A stretch of DNA of 64,000 bases from Octopus vulgaris. Its lineage: Eukaryota. The notes beneath the pieces are model-generated. The model saw only the letters and a list, made by a program, of their open reading frames with translations, did not search any database and was not told where the DNA came from. The position numbers and the translations under genes are program-made. Location of the stretch: assembly GCA_951406725.2 (NCBI GenBank), contig OX597827.1:80848001-80912000 (forward strand), given 5' to 3'. Shown here piece by piece: positions 13,681-27,422 of this stretch; the stretch's first letter is position 1, and each line of letters starts with the position of its first letter.

Positions 13681-13719
13681 TTATACATAGTTTATTGTTT
13701 ATATATATATATATATATC

Positions 13720-14205
13720 ATCCTCATCATTATCGTTTAATGTCTGCTTTCCAAACTGGCATGGGTTAGACGGTTTGACTGAGGACTGGCAAACCAGATG
13801 ACTGCACCATGCTCCAATTTGATCTGGCAGAGTTTCTACAGCTGGATGCCCTTCCTAATGCCATCCACTCTGAGTGTGTAGTGGATGCTTTTATGTGCCA
13901 CCAGCACGAGGGCTAGTCAGGCGGTACTGGTGACGACCACACTCAAATAGTGTATTTTATGTGCCACCTGCACAGGAGCCAGTCCAGCGGCACTGGCAAT
14001 GACCTCGCTCGAATGTTGTTTTTCCCATGCCACCGGCATAAGTGCCAGTAAAGTGACACTGGCAACAAAAACACTCGATTGTGCTTTTTATGTGCAGGCG
14101 CCAGTCAGCGGCCTTGGCAATGATCATGCTTGGATGGTGCTTTTAACGTTCCACTGGCATGGATGCCAGTCAGGCGGTGCTGTCATTGGCTATGTCAGCA
14201 AATTT
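13720..14205 (-). mobile_element. 5'-truncated RTE LINE 3' end with internal GTGCCAC.GGCAC subrepeats and (GAT)n tail
   Basis: Same sequence as the 3' UTR downstream of the RTE ORF at 52320-53258. Other copies lie at 18369-18600, 25030-25700, 27440-27630, 33905-34050, 48530-48810 and 57825-58170. Confidence 0.75.
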
Positions 14206-14236
14206 GATATATATGTATATATATATATATATATTA

Positions 14237-14741
14237 TTAGCTTGAGGAAAAAGTTTGTGTGCCAAACTTGTGCTGAATGGTCAAGTCATAAACGCTGAAC
14301 TTTACTGCAAGCAACTTGATTGAGTCCATGATGCGCTGGTTGAAAAGTACCTAAGACTTGTTCGTCGAAAACGTGCTTTGTTTCAACAAGTCAGTGCAAA
14401 GCCGTATACTGCCAGAAAGAGCAGCAACAAAATTGAAGAATTGGACGGTGTGGAAGTTCTACCACATCCAGCCTATAGTCCAGACATTGCTCCATCTGAC
14501 TACGGACTGTTCCGATCAAGTCAGCAATTTGAATTGTGAAGTTGAAGAAGCCTGTCAAGAAATTTTCGACTCAAAGCAGAAGGATTGGTACTCTGACCAA
14601 ATCTCTAGGTTGCAGATCATCGGCAGAAGGTTGTGGAAGAAAATGGTCTTCATTTTGAAGAATAGTTGTTGATTTTGAATAAATTCTTGCATAAAAAATC
14701 ATTATTTTAACACGGCACACAAACATTTTCCTCAACCTAGA
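14237..14741 (+). mobile_element. Internally deleted mariner element
   Basis: Imperfect 27-bp TIRs TTAG(C/G)TTGAGGAAAA.GTTTGTGTGCC with TA at the left edge. The transposase remnant INAELYCKQLD*...EVLPHPAYSPDIAPSDYGLFRS contains the YSPD.AP.D mariner motif. Confidence 0.88.
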
Positions 14742-14785
14742 ATATATATTATTTCTTTGTTTGTATGTATGTATGTATGTATGTA

Positions 14786-14864
<79 letters not shown>

Positions 14865-15039
14865 TTGTATGTATGTATCAAAACAGGAAAATGGAAAACA
14901 TTTTTGCTATACTTTATTCACCATCACATGTTTCATTTTGCAACAGGAGTTACAAGGTGTCCATGTAGAATGAAGATGTAGGGTACCTATCAGGAATTTG
15001 TCAGTAACATATATATTTTTAGAAATGAAGAAAAATACA

Positions 15040-15358
15040 TGTGGCTTAGTGTTTTGGGTACTTGGTTCACAATTGTAAGGCCATGAGTTCAATTCCTGGT
15101 GGTGTTTTGTGTCCTCAAGCAAGACACTTTATTTCACGTTACTCCAGTCCACTCAGCTGGCAAAAGTGAGTTGTACCTGTATTTCAAAGGGCTAGCATGG
15201 TCACATTCGGTGTCTTGTTGAATCTCCCTAAGAACTACATTAAGGGTACACATGTCTGTGGAGTACTCAGCCACTTGCACGTTAATTTCATAAGCAGACT
15301 GTTCCGTTGATCGGATCAACTGGGACCCTCTTTGTTGTCATAACTGATGGAATGCCAG
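15040..15358 (+). mobile_element. tRNA-derived SINE sharing the family-C 3' region
   Basis: Head GTGGCTTAGTG...GAGTTCAATTCC; the 3' part GTACCTGTATTTCAAAGGG...GTTCCGTTGATCGGATCAACTGG is shared with 49574-49955. Confidence 0.7.
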
Positions 15359-15686
15359 TAAATACACACACACACACACACACACATACACAGTTATATA
15401 GGTAGAGATACATTCATTCACACACACACACATACACACACACACACAGTTATATGCATATCTCATGAGGGGGGAGAGAGAAAGAGTGGGAAGAGAGAGG
15501 GAGTGATGAGAAGCCGTGTTTATATGAAGGAAAGAAATGAATAGATAATTAATTGCAGTGAAGTAAGTGTAGTTAATGAATTAGTTAATTAGCAGGGATG
15601 CAGGTGTGTGTCTGCTGAATATGTGAGGGTGGAGGTGACTGACACCGGACACTGCATTACTTTGACAAGATCATGAAGTGTAATAT

Positions 15687-15905
15687 TCTTTTCTACTCTA
15701 GGCACAAGGCCCGAAATTTTTTGGGGGGGTGGAGGGCCAGTCGTTTAAATCAACCTCAGTATGCAACTGGTACTTAATTTATCAACCCCAAAAGAATGAA
15801 AGGCAAAGTTGACCTTGGTGGAATTTGAACTCAGAAAGTAAAGACAGACGAAAACTGCAAAGCATTTTGCCCAGCATGCTAATGTTTCTGCCAGCTTGCT
15901 GCCTT
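15687..15905 (-). mobile_element. Family-A SINE with alternative tail
   Basis: Head and core as at 1249-1477, but the tail ends AAATTTCGGGCCTTGTGCCTAGAGTAGAAAAGAAT. Confidence 0.78.
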
Positions 15906-16579
15906 CATGAAATGTAATATTGTGGGTTGGATAGGTCCATATAACATATGTTGTTGTTTAGCCCATGGTCAGTCCTGATAGGGCAGACATATGATCAAAG
16001 ACATGCCAGCTGTGACCATCTTGACTTTGTGATTTTATATTCACAACAACCTAGAACTTTCTTATTCAACATGTCCTTTCATTTTCAAAAGGACATGGTG
16101 TGATTTAAGGGAGATTTGGTTGCTATTTCTTGCAGGTCTCTTGCTATTTTGCTTGTATGTTACACATAGAACAGAAATGAGAATGGTGTATAGTTGTAGT
16201 TTGTTGTAGAGAACATGTGTGGGTAGGATAGATCTGTACAACCCCAAATCAGTCCTGATCGTTCAACCAGATGATAAGATTACTTCCAGCTATGACCATC
16301 CCATCTTTTACCTTTATACAATCAACTTTGGAGCACATTATCCAATGTATCTGATTTATTATGATAGGGAGTGAAGTGAGGAAGATTTGGCTCTTATTTC
16401 TACCATATCAAGCAACCACATAGCAGTTCCTTTGCTGGTTAGGTTAGGGTTAGGGTGACCAGAGTTTACGTCACACATCTTTTTCACACATACATATATA
16501 CATATGCACACATGGACACACACACATGCACACACACATACACACACGCATGCATATACACATGCATATACACACTTGC

Positions 16580-16918
16580 CACAGGAAGATAAAAAGCAGT
16601 CACAACTGAATGTGTGTCGTGAATTGAAAGAACAATTGGAAGTTGATCTGGACCTTTTTCCGAAGGTCATCACTGATGATGGAAGCTGGTGCTACGGAAT
16701 TTGCAGATGTGGAAGAGGTGAAGAAGAAAACAAGTGAGGCGTTAAAAGGCATTACTTTGTAAAAGTTCCAGGACTGCTTTGAACAGCGGAAAATGCATCC
16801 GGACTGATGCTTTGCTTCGAATGGAGAATATTTTGGAGGTGATAAAAGTGTAAACATGTAAAACTAAGGGAATAAAATAATATTGCAAAATTCCAGTTTG
16901 TCTTGGGTACCCCCTCAT
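16580..16918 (+). mobile_element. Deleted mariner remnant (right end retained)
   Basis: KVITDDGSWCYG (first catalytic D region, cf. ITGDE.W.YGY) is joined to FADVEEVKKK...FQDCFEQ...CFASNGEYF. The right end resembles a TIR, TTCCAGTTTGTCTTGGGTACCCCCTC. Confidence 0.75.
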
Positions 16919-17213
16919 CTGTATGTGTATCTTTCATCTTTTACTTATTTCAATCACTGAACTGTGGCCATACTGGAGCACTGCCTTCAAGGGTTTAGTT
17001 GAATAAATTGACCTCAGGATTTATTTTTGTAAGCCTAGCACTTATTCTATTGGTCTCTTTTGTCAGACTGCTAAGAGATAAGGATGTTAACAAACCAACA
17101 CTGGTTGTTAAATGGTGGTGATGGTAGTGGGGCAAATATGAGCACAAAGATGCACACACACACATATATATACTTATATACAATGTATTTAAATATATAT
17201 ATATATATATATA

Positions 17214-17508
17214 CTAGCAGTATCGCCCGGCGTTGCTCGGGTTTGTAAGGGAAATAACTATATAAGCATTTTTAGCGAGTTACTTCCCTTATATAACCCG
17301 AGCAAAAATCATTAAAAATGCGGAAAAATGATGGTAAATTGTTTTTAAAAATCGTAGACTCATCGTAGACATGCGCTAATACCCAGAAGGGCTCGATATG
17401 AATGATGACTATAAGATACCCGCTTTTGGTTAAATGTGGGAGTAGTTACGAATCTAAATCGGAGGAGACAGAGTCTCACACACACAACTTCAATTTTATA
17501 TATAAAGA
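17214..17508 (-). mobile_element. Non-autonomous Helitron-like element, inserted in (TA)n
   Basis: Minus strand A|TC...CCCGAGCAACGCCGGG hairpin...CTAG|T; homologous to 1595-1973. Confidence 0.82.
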
Positions 17509-17812
17509 TATATATATATACATATATACAAGCAGCACACACAAAGCAATAGCATACAAACACTCACCAATTTTTCACATCTAATTAACCAACAATTTTT
17601 ACCAAAGAACATAAGAAAACATTTTTGCCATCCTTTCCTTCCTTCCCCCACTGCATAAATCCCATAAACAAAGATTATCTGGTTCAATCTACCCTCCGAC
17701 ATGCAAGTCTCCACACCAATAATAGCCAGTCTCTATTTTCAAAACTCTTCAAAAACACTTTTCCCCCCTTAACCACAAATATCATAAACTGATAAACATG
17801 AAAAGAGTAAAT

Positions 17813-17845
<33 letters not shown>

Positions 17846-18280
17846 GTATAGAAAGAATGATAGAAGTTGGAAAATGTTCCACGTAGAGTAAACCAAGTCC
17901 CAATGAGATGACAGCAAATGCGTCAAAAATTGGAAGTCGCATACATTTTCAAATTTCCTATGTAAAAATAAATAAATACGGCACTCTGTTAGAGAGTATT
18001 TCGTGATCCTCCAATTTCATGATTCATTGTTTTTAGGTAATAATATGAATATACATACATACATATATACATATATATATATAAATTGACAGAATGAGAT
18101 AAAAAAAAACCAAGGCATTCTGTCAATTTATATATATGCATGGAAGTACATGGCCCACGATGGACTCCTCACTCCAATTATTATCGATTCTGGAGCTTAA
18201 CCATGGTCTATCCATAGCACTTACTTAGTGTTTACCCGATACCTTTTGGGTCTTCCTGACACCAATACCTTTCATACCCT

Positions 18281-18370
<90 letters not shown>

Positions 18371-19393
18371 TCATCATCATCATCATCATCGTTTAACGTC
18401 TGCTTTCCATGCTAGCATGGGTTGGACGGTTCAACTGAGGTCTGGGAAGCCCGAAGGCTGCACCAGGCTCCAGTCAGATCTGGTAGTGCTTCTACAGCTG
18501 GATGCCCTTCGATGCGGTGCTGGCTACGGCCATGTTCAGATGGTTCTCTTATGTACTACCGGCACTGGTATCACAACTACAAATTCCATTGATGTTGATA
18601 TATATATATAGATAGATAGATACATAGATAGATATATACATACATATATAAGACAAGTGGTGTAGACAACAAACAGATGTATTAGTATAATGCTTGGGAA
18701 CTGAAAAAGTCTTTAATATTTTGAGCCTATGCTCTTCCACAGAAAGGAACACAGAAAGAAACAAGGAGAGAAAATAAAGAATGTGTAGTGGCTAGCGATC
18801 TATAATGACGAATGCCGGACAGAAGGGTCACACAGGAGAGCTATGGAGAAGGGGAGATAATAAAGAAGTGGTGATCCCAAAATGAAGGTGTGCTTGTATG
18901 TATGGAAGAAGGCTGGTGATCTTGACGTGTGCGTGTGTGCATGTGTAGGTGTGAAAATGTGGGTCTAGGAAGTGGTCAGTGCTGATGTGTGTGTGGTGGT
19001 GTGTTGTGATGTGTGGTATGGTGGTGTAAGGTGTAGTGGTGTTAGGGTGTTGGGAAGTGGGGGAGGCAAGGACTGTGTCTGTATATGAATATATATATAT
19101 CTGTACATGCATATATATAATATATATGTGTGTGCATATATATATATATATATATGTATATACATATATATACATACACATATGTATATGTGTATATGTG
19201 TATACACATATGTATATGTGTATATGTGTATATATATATATAATTATATATATATGTGTGTGTGTGTGTATATATATATGCGTGTGTGTGTGTGTGTATG
19301 TATATATATATATATAAATGTTCCAGAGTAACCACATAAATGTGAAATAAGGTGGAAAAATTAGTACTCAAATACCAGAGGTAGAGTAATATG

Positions 19394-19539
19394 CTTTATT
19401 AAAAAGCAGCAAAATTATCAAAACAAAACTGTTACCCATTCGTAGGACAGTTTTGTTTACAAACAAAACTGTCCGATGAATGGGACCGTGAAACTCTGAG
19501 TAACAGTTTTTGTGATGGTTTTGCTGCTTTTTAATAAAG
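19394..19539. repeat. Foldback element with hammerhead motif on + arm (19465-19510)
   Basis: Inverted arms start CTTTATTAAAAAGCAGC. The + arm reads AAAACTGT-CCGATGA-ATGG(GA)CCGT-GAAA-CTCTGAG-TA-ACAGTTTT. Same family as 57339-57515. Confidence 0.78.
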
Positions 19540-19587
19540 TATATACATACAAATATACATGTATAGATACATATATATACATATATA

Positions 19588-19618
<31 letters not shown>

Positions 19619-19661
19619 AATATATATATATACATATATATATACATATATATACATATAT

Positions 19662-19750
<89 letters not shown>

Positions 19751-20057
19751 TAAGAGTATTCTGTATGTTCTTTGCCTGTTATATTTAATGTCCATTCCCC
19801 CTGTTTGTTTAATTCCCATAAAACATAAAATCATAGCACCGACAACTGGTTGAGTTGTTGTGCACACATAATGATTAACTAACTCGCTTAGGTGAGCTAA
19901 AATTGCACTGCCTAAATTCATGTACGTACATGTATATACCAGTGTGTATGTATACATACATATATGTGTGTATATGTATGTGTGTGTGTGTTTGTGTGTT
20001 TATGTGTATGTCTATATGTGTATGCATATATATGTGTGTGTGTGCGGCATATGTATG

Positions 20058-20089
<32 letters not shown>

Positions 20090-20111
20090 CTCACATACAT
20101 ATACATACACA

Positions 20112-20145
<34 letters not shown>

Positions 20146-20167
20146 CTCACATACATATACATACACA

Positions 20168-20208
<41 letters not shown>

Positions 20209-20398
20209 TCACATACATATACATACACATGTACATATATATATATATATTGACATACACATTCATAGTCGTACACCGCAACACACATTGAAAGAGAACA
20301 AAGAATTTGTTTGAAGTGCCAACACAACAGCACCTTACCAGTGCAGTGTGTGTGTATATTCGTATATATACATATATATACATGTATATATATGTATA

Positions 20399-20449
<51 letters not shown>

Positions 20450-21589
20450 ATGTATATATATGTGTATATATATACATATATATATATATATACATATATA
20501 TATATTTGTATGTGTATATATATATATGTATGTAGATGTGTGAGTGTTTCCATATATATATATATATATGCAAATGTTTTAACGTGTGCATGTGTGTACG
20601 TGTGTGTGTGTTTTTGTGTGTGTGCGTTGCACTGTTGTACAGTAGTAGATGGCATCAGATGGGTGCATCATTAATTCGCATCGAAGCGTGCATCATTGAA
20701 GCAATTATGTATGGTTGGAGGTAAAAGTGTTTACCTTGGTGTGTAGTTAGGGAGGAAGGAGGAGGAGGAAGGAGAGAGTGAGCAAAGAAGAAGAGGAGGA
20801 GGGCTAAGGGTGAAAGTGGAGGGAAGGGGGGGGGGGCGGTGGAGGTGATGCTGGTGTGTGGCCATTGCTGGACAATCAATAAAATAGCCAGGATTCATTG
20901 AGACATACCACTCCCCTCCCAATCAACCTTTCTCACTCAGCCACCTCTCCTTCTTTCTCTTTTACTCTATCTACTTATTGCTCTCTCTCTCTCTCTCTCT
21001 TCTCACTGTGTGTCTCCCTCTGTTTCCCTTTCTCTCCCTATCTACCATGTCTTTAGACTCTCCATCCCCCTCCCCCCTTCCCTAATACTGCTGATCTCCT
21101 TTCTACTCAGTATTTTGTTCCCTTTTGTTCTTGCAGTCAGTGTTGTGGTGCTGGTGGTGCTGGTGGTGGTGCTGGTGGTGGTTAGATGTGGTAGTAATAT
21201 TGGTAGTTCTAGTCATGTACCAATTGTGGTGGTAATGGGGCTGATGATTATGATGATGCTCATCATCCTTGTCTTCTTCTTCTTCTTCTTCTTCTCCTTC
21301 CTCCTCCTCCTCTTCCTCCTTCTTTCTTCTTCTTCTTCTACCTCCTCCTCCTCTGCCCTTTTCTTTTTTCCTCTTCTTCTGCTTCTTCTTCCTCCTCCTC
21401 CTCCTTTTTCTTCTCCTTGTTCCTCCTCCTCCCCCGTCTTCTTCTTCTCCCCCTCCTTCTTTTTCTTCTTGTTCCTCCTCCTCCGTCTTCTTCTTCTTCT
21501 CCCTCCTCCTTCCTTTTCTTCTCTGTCTTCTTCTCCCTCCCCTCCTCCTCCCTCTTCTCCCATTCCATGGTAGAAGACAGTATGTTCGA

Positions 21590-22400
21590 AGTAGTTGGAA
21601 ACAAGTGCAAGATAGTTCCTTAGGTGTCATTGGTGATGTGTCAGGTTGGAGAGGAGACCATCATGATACTGGGGGATGTGGTGGTGGTGGGATATGAAGG
21701 TGGGGGAAGGATTGGTAAGAAGAAGAAGAGGTTTACTGAATGACAAACAGCGAGGGGTGTGGTAAGAGGAGAGGGAGGAAATGAATGTTAACGGGTGGCT
21801 AAAAAGGGAGGAAGGAGGTAAGGGATGCATAGGGGAGAGCAAAGATTGAAGGGAGGGTCTGAGAAACTTGTTTAAGCTTCCAGAGCAAGTAGTTAGAAAG
21901 TGGACTGGTTGAGGGCTGAGGTGAGACATATTGTTGTGGCTTCAACTAGAATTAAGGGGAAGGTAAGAGACGGATGTGGAGGTTGTTGGAAGTGAAGGGT
22001 GGATGGGTTGGCAAAGTTTGAGATTTATCCAGTTGTGGGATTGAAATGGGGGATGACTGAGGAAATGGAAAGATTAATGAAGAGAAGAATAGCCAAGAGG
22101 GGGAGGGGTAAGACTGACAGAAGTTGTGGGAGAAACTGGGAAGAAAATGATAGAAACTTGTGGGTTGGTAATGAAGGAAGACCATATTCCAGTGGATTAG
22201 GGATTGAGTTCTCTCATTCCTTTGTATAAGGGGGACGATAATCCATTCGTAGATTGTTGCTTGAATATAGCAAAGAAGTTATTGGAGTATGGAATGATGG
22301 CAATGGAAAGAGTGATGGGGAAGTGGTTAAGTAATATGTAGAGATGGATAAAAAGAAATTTCGATTTTTGATTGATAAAGGAGCGACTGATGCAAGTTTT
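21590..22400 (+). mobile_element. Highly degenerate RTE-like RT fragment
   Basis: HIPVD*GLSSLIPLYKG near 22180-22235 (cf. IP.DW..S..IP.YKGKG) and a GATDA-like remnant near 22380; many frameshifts. Confidence 0.4.
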
Positions 22401-22867
22401 AATGAAGGGCATCTAGGGGCAGTGATGAATGTTGTGAAGAGAAATGGGAGGAAAATCATGTGCTGAAGAAGGATGGGAGAAGTAGTGGGAGGCAAAGAAT
22501 AAAGAGGTTGTAGTTGAAGGTGACGGAGGGGGAAAAGGGGGAACAGAGAGTTAGTGAGTGGGGGATGCAGAGGTTGGGGCAAAACAAAGAGGAGTGTCGT
22601 GAGGCAAACAATCGTTGCTGTTGAATGTAAAATGTCTTTAAACTGTTTGAAAATGTAATCATGGAGACACTATATCTTGACAATTGAACAAGATGGAATG
22701 ATCATGGTTGGAATGTCCTTGATCTACTTGATATATGTGACCTGGATTAAACCATAAGCAACACTTATGTCCTGATTTGTGCAAACATATTTCTATGGCT
22801 TCTTTTATTGTTGGTACAAATACTGTGCTTCTTTCATATTTCCTGCTTTGTGTCCTTTGTTCTCTCA

Positions 22868-23280
22868 AGGCAGTGAGCTGGCAGAGTTGTTAGCACGCTG
22901 AGCGAAATGCTTAGTGGTATTTCATCTGTTGCTACGTTCTGAGTTCAAATTCCACTGGGGTTGACTTTACCTTTCATCCTTTCGGGGTCGATTAAATAAG
23001 TACCAGTTACACACTGGGGTCGATGTAATTGACTTAATTCATTTGTCTGTCCTTGTTTGTCCCCTCTGTGTTTAGCCCCTTGTGGGTAGTAAAGAAATAG
23101 GTATTTCGTCAGCTGCTATATTCTGAGTTCAAATTCCACCGAGGTTGACTTTGCTTTACATTTTTTTTTTGTGGGGCGGGGTCGATAAATTAAGTACCAG
23201 TGAAACACTGGGATCAATATAATAGACTAGTCCACTCCCTCAAAATTTCAAGGCTTTGTGCTTTAAATAGAAAGGATTAT
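22868..23280 (+). mobile_element. Family-A SINE joined at GGTATTTC to a second family-A copy (nested or tandem)
   Basis: The tail ...AAGAAATAG joins GTATTTCGTC, which is the internal GGTATTTC site of the family; a second core and the alternative tail follow. Confidence 0.75.
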
Positions 23281-24918
23281 AAACTACTGTACCTTACCTT
23301 GTATAGGTGTCCACTAGAGACTGACCATAGCCCTAATGGACAAATATCTGGAGAGAGAAAACCAAATGACAAGAAACAAACATACTTCTTTCACTAAACA
23401 GCCATTGACAGAAAGCTTTGGCTGTCAGAGATTAGTGACTGAAGGTATTCTTTGATGCTGGCACAGACAACCATTGCAGAATCAGTAACTCGGTAAATGG
23501 CACCAAACCAAGAAAGAAAGACATCCACCTGCAATAACTGTGTCTCAATGGATGACTTCCAAGCAGGAGGTGATGTTTATTCTGTAAACTACAAGGCAAC
23601 CTGTTGAGGAGAATAATAACAACCAAAGTAAAGGTAGGCTTGCTACAGACGTTGGCCCTAGTGGCAGTTGGGGTGGGTATGCTGTAGACCGCTCAATGCA
23701 CACTATAAAGGGCTGGCTGGTAGTAGCAAGGACATTCAGATGTAGAAAGCAGGCCAAAGAAACATATGTAGGACCGAAAAATGGTTGGGGTCTGTGTGTG
23801 TGTGTGTGATGAGGGGCCACAACAAGTGGTGTATCGCTACGTGATCTGTCAATATAGAATAACAGACATCAAATGGAGGCAATGATGGTGATAGTGATGA
23901 TGGTGGTGATGATGATGATGATGAGGGGGAGGAGGATAATGATGACAGTGACAGTTATGATGATGATGATGGGTGATGGAGGTGATACTGATGAGGATGA
24001 TGAGGATGAAGGTGCTGGTGTTGGTGATGATGATGATGGAGATGTTGGTAATATGGATGATGATGGCAATGATGATGATGATGTTGATGATGATGATTAT
24101 GATGATGATGAGGAGGAGGGGGAGAAGAAGGATGAGGATGGTGATAGTGATGATGACAATGATGGCAATGATATCAACAATGATGATGATGATGGTGTTG
24201 ACATCTAATCAATCAATCAAGCTTACAAACACAAACCAAAAAACTGTGGCAGCTAATTATTTGGTGGTTGGATATATAGGAGGGTGTGGTGGTGGTGGTG
24301 ATGGTGGGAGGAGGCATTTAGTCTGCAGAATTGGTGTTGCTATTGTTTGGAACAATCTTGAGAAATGATGAAAGAGTGGAACTGGTCTCCAGAGAATTCC
24401 ACAACTGGAATGGAAACGGTTGTTTTGGGGGAATTACTGTTTCCGCCTTTTTTTATATTTTCAATGTTTATCAGTTGATTACATTGGTGATATTAGATTA
24501 CACACACCCACACACATGTATACATATATACGGGTATATAAGCATATATGTGTGTATGTATGCATAAATTCTCCTCCACCTGCTCCTTGTTATCATCATC
24601 ATCATCATTATTATCTAACGTCCATTTTTCCATGCTGGCATGGATCAGATGAAATTAGTGACGATAGGTTGTCCATGGATGGATGCTCTTGCTGTTCCCA
24701 ATCCTCTCCTGTTTCTTAGCAAAGCGATATTTCTCCTTGCCATTTCCCCATGAACAGCTCATGCTTCCATGGAAGATGGCAAATGAGCTGCACCATTTGT
24801 ACAATGGTAATGTTTGTTCGTTGTTAGCAAGCAAAGTCAAGACAAGGAGACACAAACACACACATGCATTCATATGTGTGTGTGTGTGTGTGTGTGTATG
24901 TGTGTATGTATGTGTGTG

Positions 24919-24967
<49 letters not shown>

Positions 24968-25344
24968 TTATATGTATATATTCAGAAAGAGAGAGAGTCA
25001 AGTAGACAGATATTCATGCACTTCGAACGTTGGGCCTCATGGAGGTAAAGTGGCCAAGCTCCTTTCGTGTGTTGAGCCTCATGGAGGCAACGACCAAGAA
25101 CTTTGGCATTATGTCATACTTGAGAAGACCCATCAAGCCAAGCAAAATTGCAGTCATGGTAGAGACCAGTGGCACGCAAATGGCACCCGTGCTGGTGGCA
25201 CGTAAAAGCACTCATTACACTCTTGGAGTGGTTGGTGTTAGGAAGGGCATCCAGCCATAGAAAACCATGTCAAATCAGACTGGATCCTGGTGCAGCCTTC
25301 CAGTGTTCCAGCGCAGTCAAACTGTTCAACCCATGCCAGTGTGG

Positions 25345-25659
25345 ACACCGTGATCACCATGACCGATCAGGCTATCAGATGTTGCTACACATCGCTGGCC
25401 ACAATGTGCTTCACATTGTTTTTTAGCCTTCAAATGGCGCCATCCTGCTGGCTAAGCGAGCAGGCCAACGGAAGAAAGAGTGAGAGACAGTTGTGGCGAA
25501 AGAGTACAGCAGGGATCGCCATCACCCTCCGCCGGAGCCTCGTGGAGCTTTAGATGTTTTTGCTCAATAAACACTCACAACACCCAGTATGGGAATTGAA
25601 ACCACAATCCTACAACTGCAAGTCCGCTGTCCTAACCATTGGGCCATTGCGCCTCCACA
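25345..25659 (-). mobile_element. tRNA-derived SINE (family-C head) inserted into an RTE 3' end
   Basis: Minus head GGAGGCGCAATGGCCCAATGGTTAGG...GGTTTCAATTCC; flanked by the 9-bp direct repeat CCAGTGTGG (25336-25344 and 25660-25668). Confidence 0.8.
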
Positions 25660-26505
25660 CCAGTGTGGGCAATGGATGTTAAATGATAATGACGACAATG
25701 ATGATAAACCAACATGTATTAAAAATAATCTAAGCAATTATTTTAATGTTGTGAGACTAAAGTTTGTAACACTTATGCTTTGGAAAGTAAACAAATGCAA
25801 ATTCAGAAAAATAAGGAGATTGTCCTGCCATATTTCATGGTTCTTGGTGACTCTTCAGAGTGAAAGCAAACCTCCCTGTTCAGCCTACAAAGAGAACTTC
25901 ATAGCAGTTCCTATTTAAATCAGTCACAAACTTGTACTCAAATGAAATGGCTAAACAAATTCGCATATGGTGCATTAGTTACTGGTGCGATTAAATACTT
26001 AATAATTATTTTTAATCACACACACAAATTTATTGCACTCACGCACATGCATATATTGTCGCTATGCCATATTTATAAGCAATTCTATGGACAAGAACAT
26101 AGTAAAGAGAACTCAATACTTTATATAGAGTAAATCTATTCTGTATATATGTATCTATGTGTGTGGTCAAGGACCAAGTCCTAAATGGTAGCAGACTTTG
26201 GTGGATGGGTTGTTTGGTGGAGGAGAGATGGAATGATTATAGTAGACAGATGGATTGTATCATGGTTCACAGATTGATTGTTCAGAGAAGAAAGAAAACA
26301 AAAACAAAAGAGAATGTTGTAGTAGGAGTAGAAGAATTAGAGAGAGTAGCAAGGTAAACCAGGCCCCACAACACATAGTCTCTCAACATCTGACACAAAG
26401 CATTCTGCCCCTATTAAATACATTTCTACACTCAGTAGTGAGAACAATTTTTTTTCCTGTTTTTTCTTTTCTTTTTTTTTTTTTTATTTCCAGTTTTGCA
26501 AATTA

Positions 26506-27422
26506 TTGGGTCATCCCATAAATAATGCAGTTTTTTTTCAATTGCATGAACTAAAAGTCGGAGGGGGACGGGATAAACTACCTGCAACAACTTGCTATAA
26601 AAGCAGGTAGTAATTATCTTACCATGTCCTTATTCTCTGTACAAGTTTTGAAGAGTGCAGTTCGATTTTAACAGTTATTTTTTCAAAGCTATAATGGAAG
26701 TGACAACGGAGCATATTTGGCATATTTTGCTTTATGAGCTCAATAAAGGCAACAATAAAAAGTGCGAGGAATATTAATGCAGAATACGGGAATTGGACAA
26801 TAAGCGTAAGCCAGTGTCAATGGTGGTTCTAGAAATTCCAAGGCAGAAACTACAGCCTAGAAGACGAGCCTGATCCCGGAAGATCTGTAGAGATTAACGA
26901 AGTTGTCCTGCAAACCCTGGTGGAACAAAATCCCATCGTAACTGTTGAGGAACTGGTAGAGAAGCTTTTATTTGGTCATTCAACCATTCATCGACGCTTG
27001 TACTAGAAGAAAAATGATCATCTTTGGTTTCAAGACAAAAATTGCTCTTCCATCAGGATAATGCTCGGCCACATGCAGCGAGGATGACATTCCAAAGGCT
27101 GGAACAGTTTGAATGGGAAACGATGCCCCATCCACCATATTTGCCAGACATCTGATTATCATTTATTCCACTGTTTTCAAAATCATTTTAGACAGAAAGA
27201 ATATGAATTCTGTAGATGAGGCCAGAACAGTACTGGAGGAGTATTTTCCGCATTGGACAAGTGAATCTTGGAAGAGGGGTCTTGCAAGTCTAGCAGACAG
27301 ATGGAAGAGCATTGCAGAAAATGAAAGAGAGTATATTTTAGATTAAAAAAGAACTTTGCTTATCTTAATTTTGAAAAATAAAAGAAGTATAAAAGAACTG
27401 CATTATTTATGGAATGACCCAA
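26506..27422 (+). mobile_element. Internally deleted mariner with both TIRs and TA TSD
   Basis: TIRs TTGGGTCAT(C/T)CCATAAATAATGCAGTT with TA on both sides. Transposase remnants include MEVTTEHIWHILLYE..., SLEDEPDPGRS, LFHQDNARPH and WETMPHPPY. Confidence 0.92.

Noticed and set aside
16437-16455. TTAGG/TTAGGG telomere-like repeats
   Set aside because: Only about three units; not distinguishable from chance or an eroded fragment.
18700-18760. Hammerhead-like motif on minus strand (CTGTGGA-A-GAGC..GCTC-AAAA)
   Set aside because: There are too many core deviations to call from this copy alone.
21010-21697. Glu/Arg/Lys-rich and Ser/Phe-rich ORFs
   Set aside because: (CTT/CCT)n low-complexity tract.
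23873-24208. Asp-rich acidic ORF
   Set aside because: Degenerate (GAT)n microsatellite with no evidence of coding selection.
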